From sequence record SRR31156797_2524: a stretch of 36,105 bases of DNA; one strand, written 5' to 3'. Shown here in pieces: positions 18,717-29,691 of the stretch. Position 1 is the first letter of the stretch; every line of letters starts with the position of its first letter. Under the pieces are notes generated by a model. It worked only from the letters and a program-made list of their open reading frames with translations. It searched no databases and was not told the origin of the DNA. Made by a program: the position numbers and the translations under genes.

Positions 18717-21473
18717 ATGATACAGGAACCTATACAACGTCATAAACGCATCCTTTCCCCCATATGGATTCTTCCTTTTGTCGCACTCTGTATAGGCAGC
18801 TGGCTTCTCTATACCAGTTTCCGTGACGCGGGCATTAATATCCATGTTCATTTTGATAATGCAGAAGGCATCACTCCAGGAAAGACAAAGGTTATCTTTA
18901 AGGGCATTCCCATCGGAACAGTAAAAAGCATAGAAATTGACGACAATATGCAGGGCGTCAACCTCATCATTGAGATGGAAAACCGCTCGAGCCCTCTTCT
19001 CGTTAAGGATACGGCCTTCTGGATTGTCAAGGCCGAAGTGTCTGCCGGCCGTATCAGCGGCCTTGAAACACTGCTCAGTGGTTCCTATATTGGAACCCAA
19101 AAGGGAAAATCAACTGAAACAGCAACACATTTCCAGGGTCTCAATACCCCTCCCCCGCTTGACCAATCCACTCCTGGACTCCGCTTTACTCTGGAATCAG
19201 ACACCCTGTACTCGCTTCAGCGTGGTTCTCATATTTATACAAAAAATCTACAGATCGGTCATATAGAAGACTATACACTGCAGGGTAACGGAAAAATCCT
19301 GTTCAAGGCCTATGTCCAGCCCCAATTTGCCCATCTCATAAAAACCGGTACTCGCTTCTGGAACGCATCGGGCCTTTCTCTAAGCGGTAATCTGCGGCAG
19401 GGTTTGACTGTCAACATAGAATCAATGGCATCGCTTCTCTACGGCGGCATAACATGCGCCACCCATGATTCTCTGCAAACCACTGCACCTGCCGCAGCAA
19501 ACAGCCATTTCGCTCTCCACAAAGATTTTGAATCTGCGGAATACGGAATATCCATGACCCTGCAACTCAACTCAGGCGATGGCATCGCTCCTGGTAGAAC
19601 AGAGGTACGATACCGAGGGTTAAAGGTCGGGGTGGTAAAAAACCTCACCTTCAATCAGGACTCTTTCCACACAGTCACCGCCCACATCCTCCTCGATCCC
19701 AGGGCTGAGGCAATTCTACGAGCGACCACCAAATTTTGGGTTATAAAACCTGAGGTAGGCATTACGGGGATACGCAATATAGAGACCGTACTTGGGGGGA
19801 ACTTTATAACCTTCAAAGTTGGTGAGGGGGACTACCTGAACCACTTTATCGAAGAACCAGATCCCATGCCCAATCAGGTTATTCGGGAAGGAACAACATT
19901 TTACCTGGAAGCGGCTGACAGCGGCTCACTTAAAATCGGAGCACCGGTTCTCTTCAAGCAACTGCAAGTCGGAGAAGTTTTAGACATTAACCTCTCACTG
20001 GAAGACAAGAAAGTGCAGATCAATCTCCGGCTGTATCAACCTTATGACAAACTCATCCACACCAAGACCATTTTCTGGAATGTATCCGGAGTACAGATCG
20101 ACGGGAGCCTTTCCAACTTTAAGATTAACCTTGCCTCATTACAGACCATGCTTGCCGGTGGAGTTGCATTTATTTCTCCCCCTCAGACTAAGGGCCAGCA
20201 AGCAATTCCTCCTGCCCCAAACCATACTTTCTCCCTTTATGACGGTTTTAGAGAGGCAGTCCAGGCCAATCCTTTTTTACAGCCAGCCGGGCTGCACCTG
20301 AAAGTCTCCACTGCAAAAATGCCGCCGCTCTCTATTGGCTCACCCGTTCTCTATAACAATATAAAAGTTGGCAAAATACTCGACTTTACCCCGGAAAAAA
20401 ATAGCGACAAGGTTGTAATAGATGTACTTGTTGAAGAAAAATATGGTCATCTGGTCACGACTACCTCCAGATTCTATAATCTCTCAGGGATCCAGATCAA
20501 GGCCTCCTTAAAAGGCATTGATATGCAGGCAGGCCCCATCGATTCCATTATATCGGGTGGCATAGCTTTTTTCTCCTCAGGTAAAGGAGCAGTGATAACA
20601 GACTCTCACGAATTTCAGCTTTATAAAAATTACCAGGCTGCGATCCATGCAGACGATATCCGGCTGGCGCTTTCCTTTAAAAGCAGCATAGGAATTACCC
20701 CGCAAACCAAAATTACCTACCAGGGGGTGACAATCGGCAGTATCACCTCCGTTGCCATCGCACCTAATGGCAAAGAGGTTCTTGCAATGGCACATATCCA
20801 ACCAGACGCTGCCGGTTTTTTTCGAGCCACCTCCTCGCTGTGGCTCGTGCAGCCTGAAATCAGCCTTCAAGGTGTTAAACATCTCAACACTCTGCTCGCA
20901 GGCCCTTACATAGCAGTCCTGGCTGGCAAAGGCCCACTACAAACCACCTTCCGTATCCAAGACGGACCACCCGAGAACAACCAAACACTCCCAGGCCTGA
21001 ACATTTTTCTGGAAACGTCACGCTTAGGCTCTCTCTCTAAAGGCAGCCCTGTTTACTACAGACAGATACAAGTCGGCCAGATTACAGGTTTTTCGCTTTC
21101 ACCAACCCACCAGTCCGTCTGGGTACAGGTAAATATTCCCCCTCAATATAAAAAGCTTATCTACAAAGACACAAAATTTTGGAATTCCAGCGGTGTACAG
21201 ATAGCTGGCGGTGTGTTCACCGGCCTGCAGATAACCACAGAGTCGGTAGAAGCCTTGCTCAGGGGCGGGATTTCCCTCGCCACCCCTGATGATGTATCCA
21301 TAGGTGACCTTGCCCAAGATGGTGACCATTTTAGCCTCGAAGCATCCGTCAATAAAGAATGGCTACAATGGGAGCCGATATTACCAGCACAGGTGAAAAG
21401 CCAAACGGCCTCGCCCAAACCTCCGAAAAAGCGCGTCAAAGGTGAGGAAGATGAAGCGGACAGGTACCTCTAA
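18717..21473 (+). CDS. letB: LetB/YebT seven-MCE-domain lipid transport tunnel protein
   Basis: N-terminal SPIWILP TM anchor, then seven MCE repeats (GKTKVIFKG, GSHIYTKN, GRTEVRYRG, GAPVLFKQ, GSPVLYNN, QTKITYQG, GSPVYYRQ). No PqiC-like gene follows. Confidence 0.85.
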   Translation: MIQEPIQRHKRILSPIWILPFVALCIGSWLLYTSFRDAGINIHVHFDNAEGITPGKTKVIFKGIPIGTVKSIEIDDNMQGVNLIIEMENRSSPLLVKDTAFWIVKAEVSAGRISGLETLLSGSYIGTQKGKSTETATHFQGLNTPPPLDQSTPGLRFTLESDTLYSLQRGSHIYTKNLQIGHIEDYTLQGNGKILFKAYVQPQFAHLIKTGTRFWNASGLSLSGNLRQGLTVNIESMASLLYGGITCATHDSLQTTAPAAANSHFALHKDFESAEYGISMTLQLNSGDGIAPGRTEVRYRGLKVGVVKNLTFNQDSFHTVTAHILLDPRAEAILRATTKFWVIKPEVGITGIRNIETVLGGNFITFKVGEGDYLNHFIEEPDPMPNQVIREGTTFYLEAADSGSLKIGAPVLFKQLQVGEVLDINLSLEDKKVQINLRLYQPYDKLIHTKTIFWNVSGVQIDGSLSNFKINLASLQTMLAGGVAFISPPQTKGQQAIPPAPNHTFSLYDGFREAVQANPFLQPAGLHLKVSTAKMPPLSIGSPVLYNNIKVGKILDFTPEKNSDKVVIDVLVEEKYGHLVTTTSRFYNLSGIQIKASLKGIDMQAGPIDSIISGGIAFFSSGKGAVITDSHEFQLYKNYQAAIHADDIRLALSFKSSIGITPQTKITYQGVTIGSITSVAIAPNGKEVLAMAHIQPDAAGFFRATSSLWLVQPEISLQGVKHLNTLLAGPYIAVLAGKGPLQTTFRIQDGPPENNQTLPGLNIFLETSRLGSLSKGSPVYYRQIQVGQITGFSLSPTHQSVWVQVNIPPQYKKLIYKDTKFWNSSGVQIAGGVFTGLQITTESVEALLRGGISLATPDDVSIGDLAQDGDHFSLEASVNKEWLQWEPILPAQVKSQTASPKPPKKRVKGEEDEADRYL

Positions 21474-21525
21474 CCCGACTTTTCCAGGCTACCCCGCAGC
21501 CCTGTCGCCTCAAATGAGGTTCAAG

Positions 21526-22383
21526 CTATCCCTTGTGTATTGTTTCAGGAAAGAGATGGTTGCTTATCAAAGAAAGAAGAATGGCGAAACCAATGGCTGC
21601 TCCGCCCAGTAACACATTAAAATAAACCGGTGCTACCAGAGCTATTCGAATCATCAAGGTTGATAATGCATAGCCAGAGTTACGAAACACGAACTTGGCG
21701 GACGGATGAAAACACTGGGAAATAAGAACGATAAGAATATCAGTAAGGATGAGCAGAGTGTAAAAGTCATGAAAAAAATCCCCATTCCCATGCCCTGTGC
21801 CACGCTGGACAAGTGAATAACCGCCCATAACGACAAAAGCAGCCAGCAGCAACAGGGAAATCCCTTTTTTGGCTGCCACAAAACCTAAAATATCCATGGG
21901 CCGACTCTGTTCCTCTGCCCGCACCTGGATCTTGTAATACACCCCCAACAGAGCAAAAATCAACAAGGCGCCAAAACCATTGGATAGAATATGGAGAATT
22001 TTTTCCTCATTCCCCAGATAGGTGATTGGTTCTGGAAAGTAGGAAAGCTCTTTAAAGGCATTACGGATCAGGATGAGAGAGAGTATCTCAAACTGTTTAC
22101 CAAGGGATCGGGAAAAGGAACAGGGCAGTACAAAAATAAGGCTGATTACTTCCAGCACGAGGATGATGGAAAATGCCATCTGTACAGCATAAAAATGGTT
22201 AGCAGGGAGCATGTCTGCGAGCGGTGCCGGTAAAAAATGTTTCCGGTTCAGTTCAATAACCAGCAGACTGATCAAAAAAAGAAACACGAGCACTGCAGAA
22301 AGTTTACGGTGAAGATTCTCGTGTTCATAAAAGGCATGCAGCGGATCGAAAAGATAGGTGATCCGTTCGTAAAGGGTGTGCAT
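21526..22383 (-). CDS. Conserved-looking hypothetical polytopic membrane protein (about 8 TM, possible tandem PsiE-like halves)
   Basis: Long hydrophobic ORF starting 12 nt after the copA stop. Its two halves show similar L.E/D.I....LIR patterns. Confidence 0.65.
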   Translation of the reverse strand: MHTLYERITYLFDPLHAFYEHENLHRKLSAVLVFLFLISLLVIELNRKHFLPAPLADMLPANHFYAVQMAFSIILVLEVISLIFVLPCSFSRSLGKQFEILSLILIRNAFKELSYFPEPITYLGNEEKILHILSNGFGALLIFALLGVYYKIQVRAEEQSRPMDILGFVAAKKGISLLLLAAFVVMGGYSLVQRGTGHGNGDFFHDFYTLLILTDILIVLISQCFHPSAKFVFRNSGYALSTLMIRIALVAPVYFNVLLGGAAIGFAILLSLISNHLFPETIHKG

Positions 22384-22395
22384 ATGGATAGGTTA

Positions 22396-25326
22396 TTATG
22401 GTTTAAAAAATCGAAGCCGGTTGGCGTTGGTAACAACAGTGACCGAGGACAAAGCCATGGCGGCACTGGCAAACATTGGCTGCAGCAGCCAGCCTGTGAA
22501 AGGGAAAAAAAGACCGGCAGCCAGCGGAATACCTAGCGCGTTATATATAAAAGCTCCAAAAAGATTTTGCTTTATGTTTCGCAAAGTAGCACGTGAAATG
22601 GCAACTGCGGCGGCAACGTGCTGCAGGGAATCACCGGCAAGGGTGATATCAGCATTTTCAATGGCCACATCAGTTCCGCTGCCGATGGCAAACCCTGTAT
22701 CGGCCTGGGCAAGTGCCGGAGCATCGTTGACTCCGTCACCGACCATACCGACCCGTGCCCCGATATCCTGCAACTCTTTGACGACATTCTGCTTTTCCTG
22801 GGGCAGCACCTCACTATGCACCATGGAAATGCCAAGCTGTCCAGCCACTGCATCTGCTGTTTTCCGGTTGTCACCGGTGCACATAACCACCTGGATACCA
22901 CGATCCTGCAACTGGCTGACCGCCTTAACAGAGTCTTTTCGCAGTGGATCTTTTAAAATGAGCAGTCCCAATACCGTTTTCCCCTGTCCGAGCCAGATCG
23001 GAGTGCCGCCTAGAGCAGCTTCCTCATCAGCAATAGTTTGTAATTGCGGACCAATAGCTGCGCCTTGTTCAACCATGAAATGATGATTCCCCAAATACAG
23101 CCAGTCTTCCTTATCCCGTGCCTTTACCCCGCGGCCAGCGACGGCTGTAAAATCAGTCAAGGAATTAAGATTTTTTGACTCTCTGCCGGCTGCGCACAGT
23201 ACGGCCTCGGCCAGGGGATGTTCGGAATGCACCTCAAGACTTGCCGCCAGCTGCAGAATTCCCTCTTCTGACACCCCGCCCACGGAGACGACCCTCGTCA
23301 CTGTCGGCTTTCCCTCTGTGAGCGTACCAGTCTTGTCGACAACAATATGGGTCAGCGAAGAAGCGGTCTGCAATGCTTCGGAATTCCTGATCAGCACATT
23401 ACATTCTGCTGCCCTGCTCATCCCCACCATAATCGCAATAGGTGTTGCCAGGCCAAGTGAACAGGGGCAGGCAATAACCAATACAGCTATACCGGTTGTC
23501 AAGGCAAAGGCCAAGCTCGGTGCAGGAGCAATTAGGTACCAGATGCCAAAAGAAAAAAGAGCAACACCAATCACAAACGGTACAAAAACTGCAGCGACCT
23601 TATCGACCAGTCTGCCGATGGGCGGTTTGGAAAGCTGGGCCTTTTTTACCATGCTTATAATCTGTGCAAGTGCGGTCTGGTCGCTGTCTTTTGTTACCTT
23701 AAACAAAAAGGTTCCGGCCCGATTCATGGTCCCGCCGGTCACACTGTCCCCAACACTTTTTTTCACTGCCAGCGGCTCACCGGTAAGCATAGACTCATCA
23801 ACCGTTGACCGTCCTTCCTCAATCATACCGTCGGTTGGTATCTTTTCCCCGGGCCGTACCCGAAGACAATCACCGGGTCGAATGAGGGAAACCGGCACGT
23901 CGACCAACCTTTCCAACCGCTGGAGATGGCCTGTTTTAGCCTGCATCCCCACCAAGGAACCAATGGCTTCACTGGTTTTTCTTTTTGCCCTTACCTCCAG
24001 ACCATGCCCCAGCTGCAAAAAAGCCAGGATCATCACCGAAGCATCCAGGTAGAGGTGGGTGGCCTGTCCAGAGAAAAAATCTGGATGAATGATGACCAGC
24101 ACCGATGCTATCCATGCAGCCGCTGTTCCAAGGGCAACCAGGGTATCCATATTGGAGGAAAAATGACGAGCCATTTTCCAGGCTGTAACATAATAGTGAC
24201 GACCGCTAAACCACATGGTGAGTAGACAAAGCAGGGCTACCGCTCCCCAGAACCATTGATTATCCCGCACTGTCGGAAACAAGCCTCCCATGTTACCTGC
24301 CATAATGGCAGAGCCCACACCTGCAGCGGCACATGCCCGCTGCCAGGAACGAACAATCTCTTTTCGACCTTCCTCAGCTTGCTGCAAGTGTGGATCGACA
24401 AAGGTCTCTTCTATGGCACCGACAAATCCTCTATCGTTAAGCCCCAAGAGAACATCTGCCGGATGAGCAGTTGTAGTAACCAGAATATGGTCGACAAAAA
24501 CCTGCAGGTCAGCCTGCGCGTCTCCTGCCTGGATAATAGCCCGAACCCTGCTCTTTTCCTGTTCGTCGAGCCTGCTCTCAAAACGAATAATAAAACGCCC
24601 GAAAGCTTCTTCTGCTTCGAGCAAAGCGGCATCGTATCCATGTTGTATAATTGCTGCAGCCACAGCTGCTGGATCGCCGCCGACGACCCATACCTTCTTT
24701 TCCAGCAGGCTGACCTCGGCACTTTTTACCCCACCCACCGCTTGGGCTGCCTGCTCAACATTCTGCACACAACTTGAACAGGTCATGTCACGGACAAGAA
24801 CCCAGTAGCCCACATCATCTGATACCACAGGTTTTCCTAATACAGCCTCTGCCTGGTACCCTCGGTCACGAATGGCAGCAACAACCGAATCCTGATTTCC
24901 CCCTTCTACAAAGACGTTTTTTTCAAGCAGGTTCGCCTCCGCATCGACGACCCCTTCTGTACTTAACGCAGCCCGTTCCACAGCGTGTACACAACTGGAG
25001 CAACTCATGTCAGCGACATGCACGGTAAAAGTATCAAGTCCTTCTGCAGGAGGTAAGTCAACCACCTTTCCCACAGCACCTGCATTTCCCCCCAAAGAGG
25101 CCGCCTGATACCCCCCCTCCCTGACGGCGGCCACAACGTCCTGCTCGTTGCCCCCGGTAACAGTTACTTTACCGCCAGCAAGATCTACCTCAACCTTACA
25201 AACCCCCTCCACTTCACAGACGAGATCATGTACCCTTTTTTCACAATGCTCGCAGGTCATGTCGGCAACGGTTATTACATAGGTCGATTTTTCGTCTAAA
25301 TATATCATATTAAATGCTGCCCCCAA
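22396..25326 (-). CDS. copA: P1B-1 copper-translocating P-type ATPase with three N-terminal HMA domains. Start may be ATG 25308
   Basis: MTCEHC, MSCSSC and MTCSSC metal-binding domains. [26 protein letters not shown] and MALSS Cu(I)-type signatures. Confidence 0.93.
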   Translation of the reverse strand: MGAAFNMIYLDEKSTYVITVADMTCEHCEKRVHDLVCEVEGVCKVEVDLAGGKVTVTGGNEQDVVAAVREGGYQAASLGGNAGAVGKVVDLPPAEGLDTFTVHVADMSCSSCVHAVERAALSTEGVVDAEANLLEKNVFVEGGNQDSVVAAIRDRGYQAEAVLGKPVVSDDVGYWVLVRDMTCSSCVQNVEQAAQAVGGVKSAEVSLLEKKVWVVGGDPAAVAAAIIQHGYDAALLEAEEAFGRFIIRFESRLDEQEKSRVRAIIQAGDAQADLQVFVDHILVTTTAHPADVLLGLNDRGFVGAIEETFVDPHLQQAEEGRKEIVRSWQRACAAAGVGSAIMAGNMGGLFPTVRDNQWFWGAVALLCLLTMWFSGRHYYVTAWKMARHFSSNMDTLVALGTAAAWIASVLVIIHPDFFSGQATHLYLDASVMILAFLQLGHGLEVRAKRKTSEAIGSLVGMQAKTGHLQRLERLVDVPVSLIRPGDCLRVRPGEKIPTDGMIEEGRSTVDESMLTGEPLAVKKSVGDSVTGGTMNRAGTFLFKVTKDSDQTALAQIISMVKKAQLSKPPIGRLVDKVAAVFVPFVIGVALFSFGIWYLIAPAPSLAFALTTGIAVLVIACPCSLGLATPIAIMVGMSRAAECNVLIRNSEALQTASSLTHIVVDKTGTLTEGKPTVTRVVSVGGVSEEGILQLAASLEVHSEHPLAEAVLCAAGRESKNLNSLTDFTAVAGRGVKARDKEDWLYLGNHHFMVEQGAAIGPQLQTIADEEAALGGTPIWLGQGKTVLGLLILKDPLRKDSVKAVSQLQDRGIQVVMCTGDNRKTADAVAGQLGISMVHSEVLPQEKQNVVKELQDIGARVGMVGDGVNDAPALAQADTGFAIGSGTDVAIENADITLAGDSLQHVAAAVAISRATLRNIKQNLFGAFIYNALGIPLAAGLFFPFTGWLLQPMFASAAMALSSVTVVTNANRLRFFKP

Positions 25327-25367
25327 CGAATCACGTTCACCTTTTCTGGCTCCATCCCGTCCTCACA

Positions 25368-28300
25368 TTACAATGGGAGAATATGTATTTCTTCCTGCAG
25401 GGGGTAGTTTCCTTTAATCAGCAGACCATGGCGCCCGTCGATGGAAACTGGGTCACCAAAATTAATCCGACACCCATTCACTTCTGCATATTCGTCGGCT
25501 TCATATACCTGCATATCACGACAGCCCACCACACAGGTTTTCTCCAGCCTTGTGGCCACCACGGAGGCATGGGATGTCTGGCCGCCCCTGGAGGTAATCA
25601 GCCCATCAACCATGGAAATTTCCCTGATATCCTCAGGGACAGTATCCTGGCGGAGGAGGATAAGGTCTCCATCAAGCCCTTCCTTGCGTAGCTGCTTGAT
25701 ATTCTCCTCTGTAAACACTGCCCGTCCCGACATGGCGGACCCGGATACGCCTATCCCCTTGGTTAGAATATTTTCATGGGCCAGGTCGCTGTCAACAAAT
25801 ACGGTAAGGTGCTCCTTTTTCTTGATAGTGATCATGTCTCGTGTCTGGAGAATATAGAGTTTTTCCGGCTCCGGCCCCTCAAAAGTAAATTCAATTTCCT
25901 GGGGGTTCCACCCCTTCTCGTATACCAGTTCACGGCTTATTTCTCGCAATCTGTTATAAATTTCAGGGAACCTCAGTTCCAGACTATTACATTCATCCCG
26001 CCCATCAAGCTCAGCCTGCTCAACCGAAACAGGGTAGCTTGTCACCAGGCCGGAGACAATATCCTCTCCCTGGTCACCGGGGGCATAATCTCCCCAAAGG
26101 GCAACGCGGCGAACCTTGCGGTAGGGGTGGGCGGTAAACAATACCCCACTGCCAGCCTGGGAACTAATGTTACCATAGACCATGGCCTGGACTATTACCG
26201 CTGTCCCCCAGTCATCGGAAACATCCATTAACCGTCTATATTCCCTAGCCTTGTGGGTATTCCATGAATCCAAGACCACCTCAACCGCACCGACAAGCTG
26301 CAGCCAGGGATCTTCCGGCATCCCATATCCCCGGGTACGGATCGCCCGCTGATAGCTGATTGCCAGTTCATGCATCGCCTCCGGTGAAAAATCCTTTTTC
26401 AAACGAACATTCTGCCGCTCTTTTTGCTCATTCATCAACTCCTGAAAGTCTTCCCGGTCCATTCCGTGAGACATACCCCAGGACTGAAGGAACCGACGAT
26501 AGTTATCCCAGGCAAAAGCAGCCGAATCTGGCTGCTGGGCAACAAATTCCGCCACCAGTTCTTCGTTGGTGCCCACATTGTGAATAGTGGTCATCATTCC
26601 AGGCATGGACATGGCCGACCCGGATCGTACGGAAAGAAGCAGCGGCCTGTCCACCCCACCAAACACAGTCCCTGTCAACTTCTCGATCTCAGTGATTGAA
26701 GCGCGGACCCGCTGCATAAATTCATCCCTGGCACGGTCAAACTTACGGACAGCCTCATAGCAACGAAAAATTTCAGTGGTAATAATAAATGCCGGCGGCA
26801 CTGGTTTATCATCACGGGCCATCACCACCAGATTAAAGCCCTTGTTACCGAGATGAATTAGATTGTGGGTACGCATATTTTCATCATGAAGCGCACTGAT
26901 AGCCTTCTCTGGGTTATACGACATCAGCAGGTCAAGGGTATCCTCATCAAGGATGTCCTTCTGAGCTTCCAAGGTCTGGATGATCTTGCTGATAAAATTG
27001 TCCAGGTGCTGCAGGCCAAAGGCAGTGGCAATGAGTTCTCTAAAAAAAGACTCGGATATCCGGAGTACGGTTTCCGGTATGTTCTCCTCATCCCAAAGGG
27101 AACAGTACTTATCAAGCAAATTTTCTCGCCCTACCTGCGGCACAACGATGGACAGATTATTCTGGTGGATGTTTGTATAATAAGCATAGATAATATCTTT
27201 TACGCCTTCTGACAGACCACGCATGATATCCAAATGCTGGGTATAGGAAAACCGTTTAAGACCGATAGAAGAGGCAAGCAGGTTGCTGTAGGTATCCAGC
27301 CGCCGGCTGGTTATACCGTCTATCTGCAACGCCCGGGAAAAAAACCGGAGACATTTCAAGATATGAATGAAAGTTGCTTGGGTAATAAAAGAGAGGTTAA
27401 CAGTTTCAAACAACCGCTCCAGATAAATATTGGCCAGACTTTCCAGACGAAACGTCAGGCCCAGTGCATCAAATTTGCGTTCACTGTAGCGCCCGTACAC
27501 CGACGGGATATCCACCGCAATATGCCGCTTGTAGTAAATCTCTTCATTGGGCTCAAATCGTTCCTCGCTAAGTATGATCTGACGCAGGTGTTCAAGCTGC
27601 TCAAGCAGGGCATCAAGACACTGAAAAGGATCATCTTCTGCCAAGATATCCATCAAATTTTCCAGCTCAGGGAATCCATTTTGAATAGCGTGCTGGAGCT
27701 GCAAATGCAGCTCCGGCAAACTCAGATGGTATTTTTGATGAAGCAGCTTATACATTTTAACCAGCAGGGTAAACCGCCGCAGCTCATCCTCGGCTATATC
27801 ATCCTGGGCTGCCAGAAAATGCTGCCGGTCTGTATCATTCCATGCCAGTATCTGCTCCATCCTGCTAAAACGCAGCTGCTTTTTAATCCGCTGTGCAAGA
27901 CGATGCTGATCATCAACAAACAAACCGCTTTCATCCAACGTTGCCAATACCTCTACGGGCAGGTATTCCTCTAAATAGCTCTTATCAAGCGTAATCCAGA
28001 ACGTAAATATTGCCTCGATAAAGCCAACGATCAAATTACTTGATTCCACATGGGCCTGTTTACGTAGAAAATGAATAAGCAGATCCTTACGCTTGTGAAT
28101 CTCGTCAATCTCGGTTGACACATCTCGCAACTCGCCTTCTGCTCCAATTTCATTAAAAAACACAGGCATCAGCTTGGTAAACTGCTTGGCAAGGTTGTAA
28201 ATCGGCTCAATGGGATGATTAAGCAAGTCAGTAATATCTCGTTGAAACAAGTCTGTATCTTTTACACAAACCCCACTAATACGAATATTAATGATTAGGG

Positions 28301-29636
28301 CAGAAAACAGAGTGGAACACCACTTTGGTTCCTGTTGGATCAAATTGAGCCAGATCCGAATATTACTTAAGTGGGCTGGGTTAGCAATGGGCTGCCAATC
28401 CTCATCCACGCCGCGGACATTAGCATATTGGAACCCAAATCGAACAGCCTCCCACAAGAAGGCCTCCACCAGACGTGAGTTGCCCCGCTTAAAAACTTCA
28501 TTACCTATCACCTGTATACATTGGAGCGAGGTATGGGGGTAACGGCGAACATTTGCCTTAAGCAACTGAAAGGTGGTGGTAAAAAAACGTTCGATTTCTT
28601 CAAAGCTCTGGCTGCGAATAAGCTTTACCAGAGATCGATTTATCTCCCGTAATGTTTCTTCGTGGATAAGACGCAACCCATCTGTCTCCATAATCCGAAA
28701 AAGAAACAACAGCTTCCTATTCTCTACAAAATGTGCCTCACCCTCAATTTCAGGGTCTACGACCAAATGGGAGGGAATGCTTCTGTAAAGACGAACAATA
28801 TCCATATGGTTTGGTAAGCTGGCCATCATGGTCAATCCTGCTTCAGGATCATCAACAATATCGACCTCCTGAAGACGCTCTTGGTGAATGCGTATCTGCT
28901 TGTGCGAAATGGCCACCAGATAATCCCCAGCATGCCAGTTTTTGCAATACTCGCCGCACTGAGCTTCAAACCAGGGCAGCGGATCCTCTTCACTCAGCCA
29001 ATATTCATAATTCCGATTGAGGATTATCTGCACTAGAATTGCCAACTCACCAAGGTGAAATTCTTTATCCTCCATCGCCTGCCACAGGGTTAAAACACGC
29101 CCGGCAATTTTGCGTACTGGATGATGCCCCTGGACAATAAACATCATGATATGGGGTTTTGCATCGTTGAGACTGTGCAGTTTGTTAAAAAACAAATTGA
29201 GTTCATGTTCATACAGAGGAAGGGATTCCGGCCCCAACGATGCCAGCAGTTTGTCGGCATAGGCAAGCAATGCTTCAATAACCCGGGAGACCATTTCCTC
29301 ATTTTTCCAGGAATCTTCCAAAGCCTCAAAAAAGATACAGGTAAATAAGGAAAACGATTGCGGCCCCTGCTCATGCTTCTGGTAATGATGCATATTCTTG
29401 AGCACAAAGGCCCGCAACTCAGGGATGAGCATTTTCCAATTTCTGTAAGGGTGACTGATTTCATACAGCAGGGTTTCTATCTTTGTCGCCAGCCCTTTAT
29501 ACCCACTAATTATCTCGTAAAGGGGCATATACGCCGGGTTCATCTCCACCTCTCCAGCGGTTTCCTGGAGATTGGCTTTTAATGCATCTGATTCAATGAC
29601 CAGTGATGATCCTAGAGAAGTCATGGGCTGCCTCAA
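25368..29636 (-). CDS. PPDK-like dikinase: ~920-aa unknown N-terminal region + PPDK ATP-grasp domain + phospho-His swivel domain, with no C-terminal pyruvate-binding domain
   Basis: LGNKGFNL, PVPPAFIITTE, LSVRSGS..SMPGMM, WDNYRRF, GTAVIVQAMVYGN, QGEDIVSG, EIEFT..LQTR and GGQTSHASVV (His1356). The protein ends 66 residues after the His. Confidence 0.85.
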   Translation of the reverse strand: MRQPMTSLGSSLVIESDALKANLQETAGEVEMNPAYMPLYEIISGYKGLATKIETLLYEISHPYRNWKMLIPELRAFVLKNMHHYQKHEQGPQSFSLFTCIFFEALEDSWKNEEMVSRVIEALLAYADKLLASLGPESLPLYEHELNLFFNKLHSLNDAKPHIMMFIVQGHHPVRKIAGRVLTLWQAMEDKEFHLGELAILVQIILNRNYEYWLSEEDPLPWFEAQCGEYCKNWHAGDYLVAISHKQIRIHQERLQEVDIVDDPEAGLTMMASLPNHMDIVRLYRSIPSHLVVDPEIEGEAHFVENRKLLFLFRIMETDGLRLIHEETLREINRSLVKLIRSQSFEEIERFFTTTFQLLKANVRRYPHTSLQCIQVIGNEVFKRGNSRLVEAFLWEAVRFGFQYANVRGVDEDWQPIANPAHLSNIRIWLNLIQQEPKWCSTLFSALIINIRISGVCVKDTDLFQRDITDLLNHPIEPIYNLAKQFTKLMPVFFNEIGAEGELRDVSTEIDEIHKRKDLLIHFLRKQAHVESSNLIVGFIEAIFTFWITLDKSYLEEYLPVEVLATLDESGLFVDDQHRLAQRIKKQLRFSRMEQILAWNDTDRQHFLAAQDDIAEDELRRFTLLVKMYKLLHQKYHLSLPELHLQLQHAIQNGFPELENLMDILAEDDPFQCLDALLEQLEHLRQIILSEERFEPNEEIYYKRHIAVDIPSVYGRYSERKFDALGLTFRLESLANIYLERLFETVNLSFITQATFIHILKCLRFFSRALQIDGITSRRLDTYSNLLASSIGLKRFSYTQHLDIMRGLSEGVKDIIYAYYTNIHQNNLSIVVPQVGRENLLDKYCSLWDEENIPETVLRISESFFRELIATAFGLQHLDNFISKIIQTLEAQKDILDEDTLDLLMSYNPEKAISALHDENMRTHNLIHLGNKGFNLVVMARDDKPVPPAFIITTEIFRCYEAVRKFDRARDEFMQRVRASITEIEKLTGTVFGGVDRPLLLSVRSGSAMSMPGMMTTIHNVGTNEELVAEFVAQQPDSAAFAWDNYRRFLQSWGMSHGMDREDFQELMNEQKERQNVRLKKDFSPEAMHELAISYQRAIRTRGYGMPEDPWLQLVGAVEVVLDSWNTHKAREYRRLMDVSDDWGTAVIVQAMVYGNISSQAGSGVLFTAHPYRKVRRVALWGDYAPGDQGEDIVSGLVTSYPVSVEQAELDGRDECNSLELRFPEIYNRLREISRELVYEKGWNPQEIEFTFEGPEPEKLYILQTRDMITIKKKEHLTVFVDSDLAHENILTKGIGVSGSAMSGRAVFTEENIKQLRKEGLDGDLILLRQDTVPEDIREISMVDGLITSRGGQTSHASVVATRLEKTCVVGCRDMQVYEADEYAEVNGCRINFGDPVSIDGRHGLLIKGNYPLQEEIHILPL

Positions 29637-29691
29637 TAAAAATTAATGTAACTTCAGCAAGTAACAACGAACCTCGCCTTAACCTCGATCT

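Noticed and set aside
22376..24777. Long plus-strand ORFs (235, 244 and 173 aa) antisense to copA
   Set aside because: Typical shadow ORFs opposite a well-supported P-type ATPase, with no recognisable motifs.
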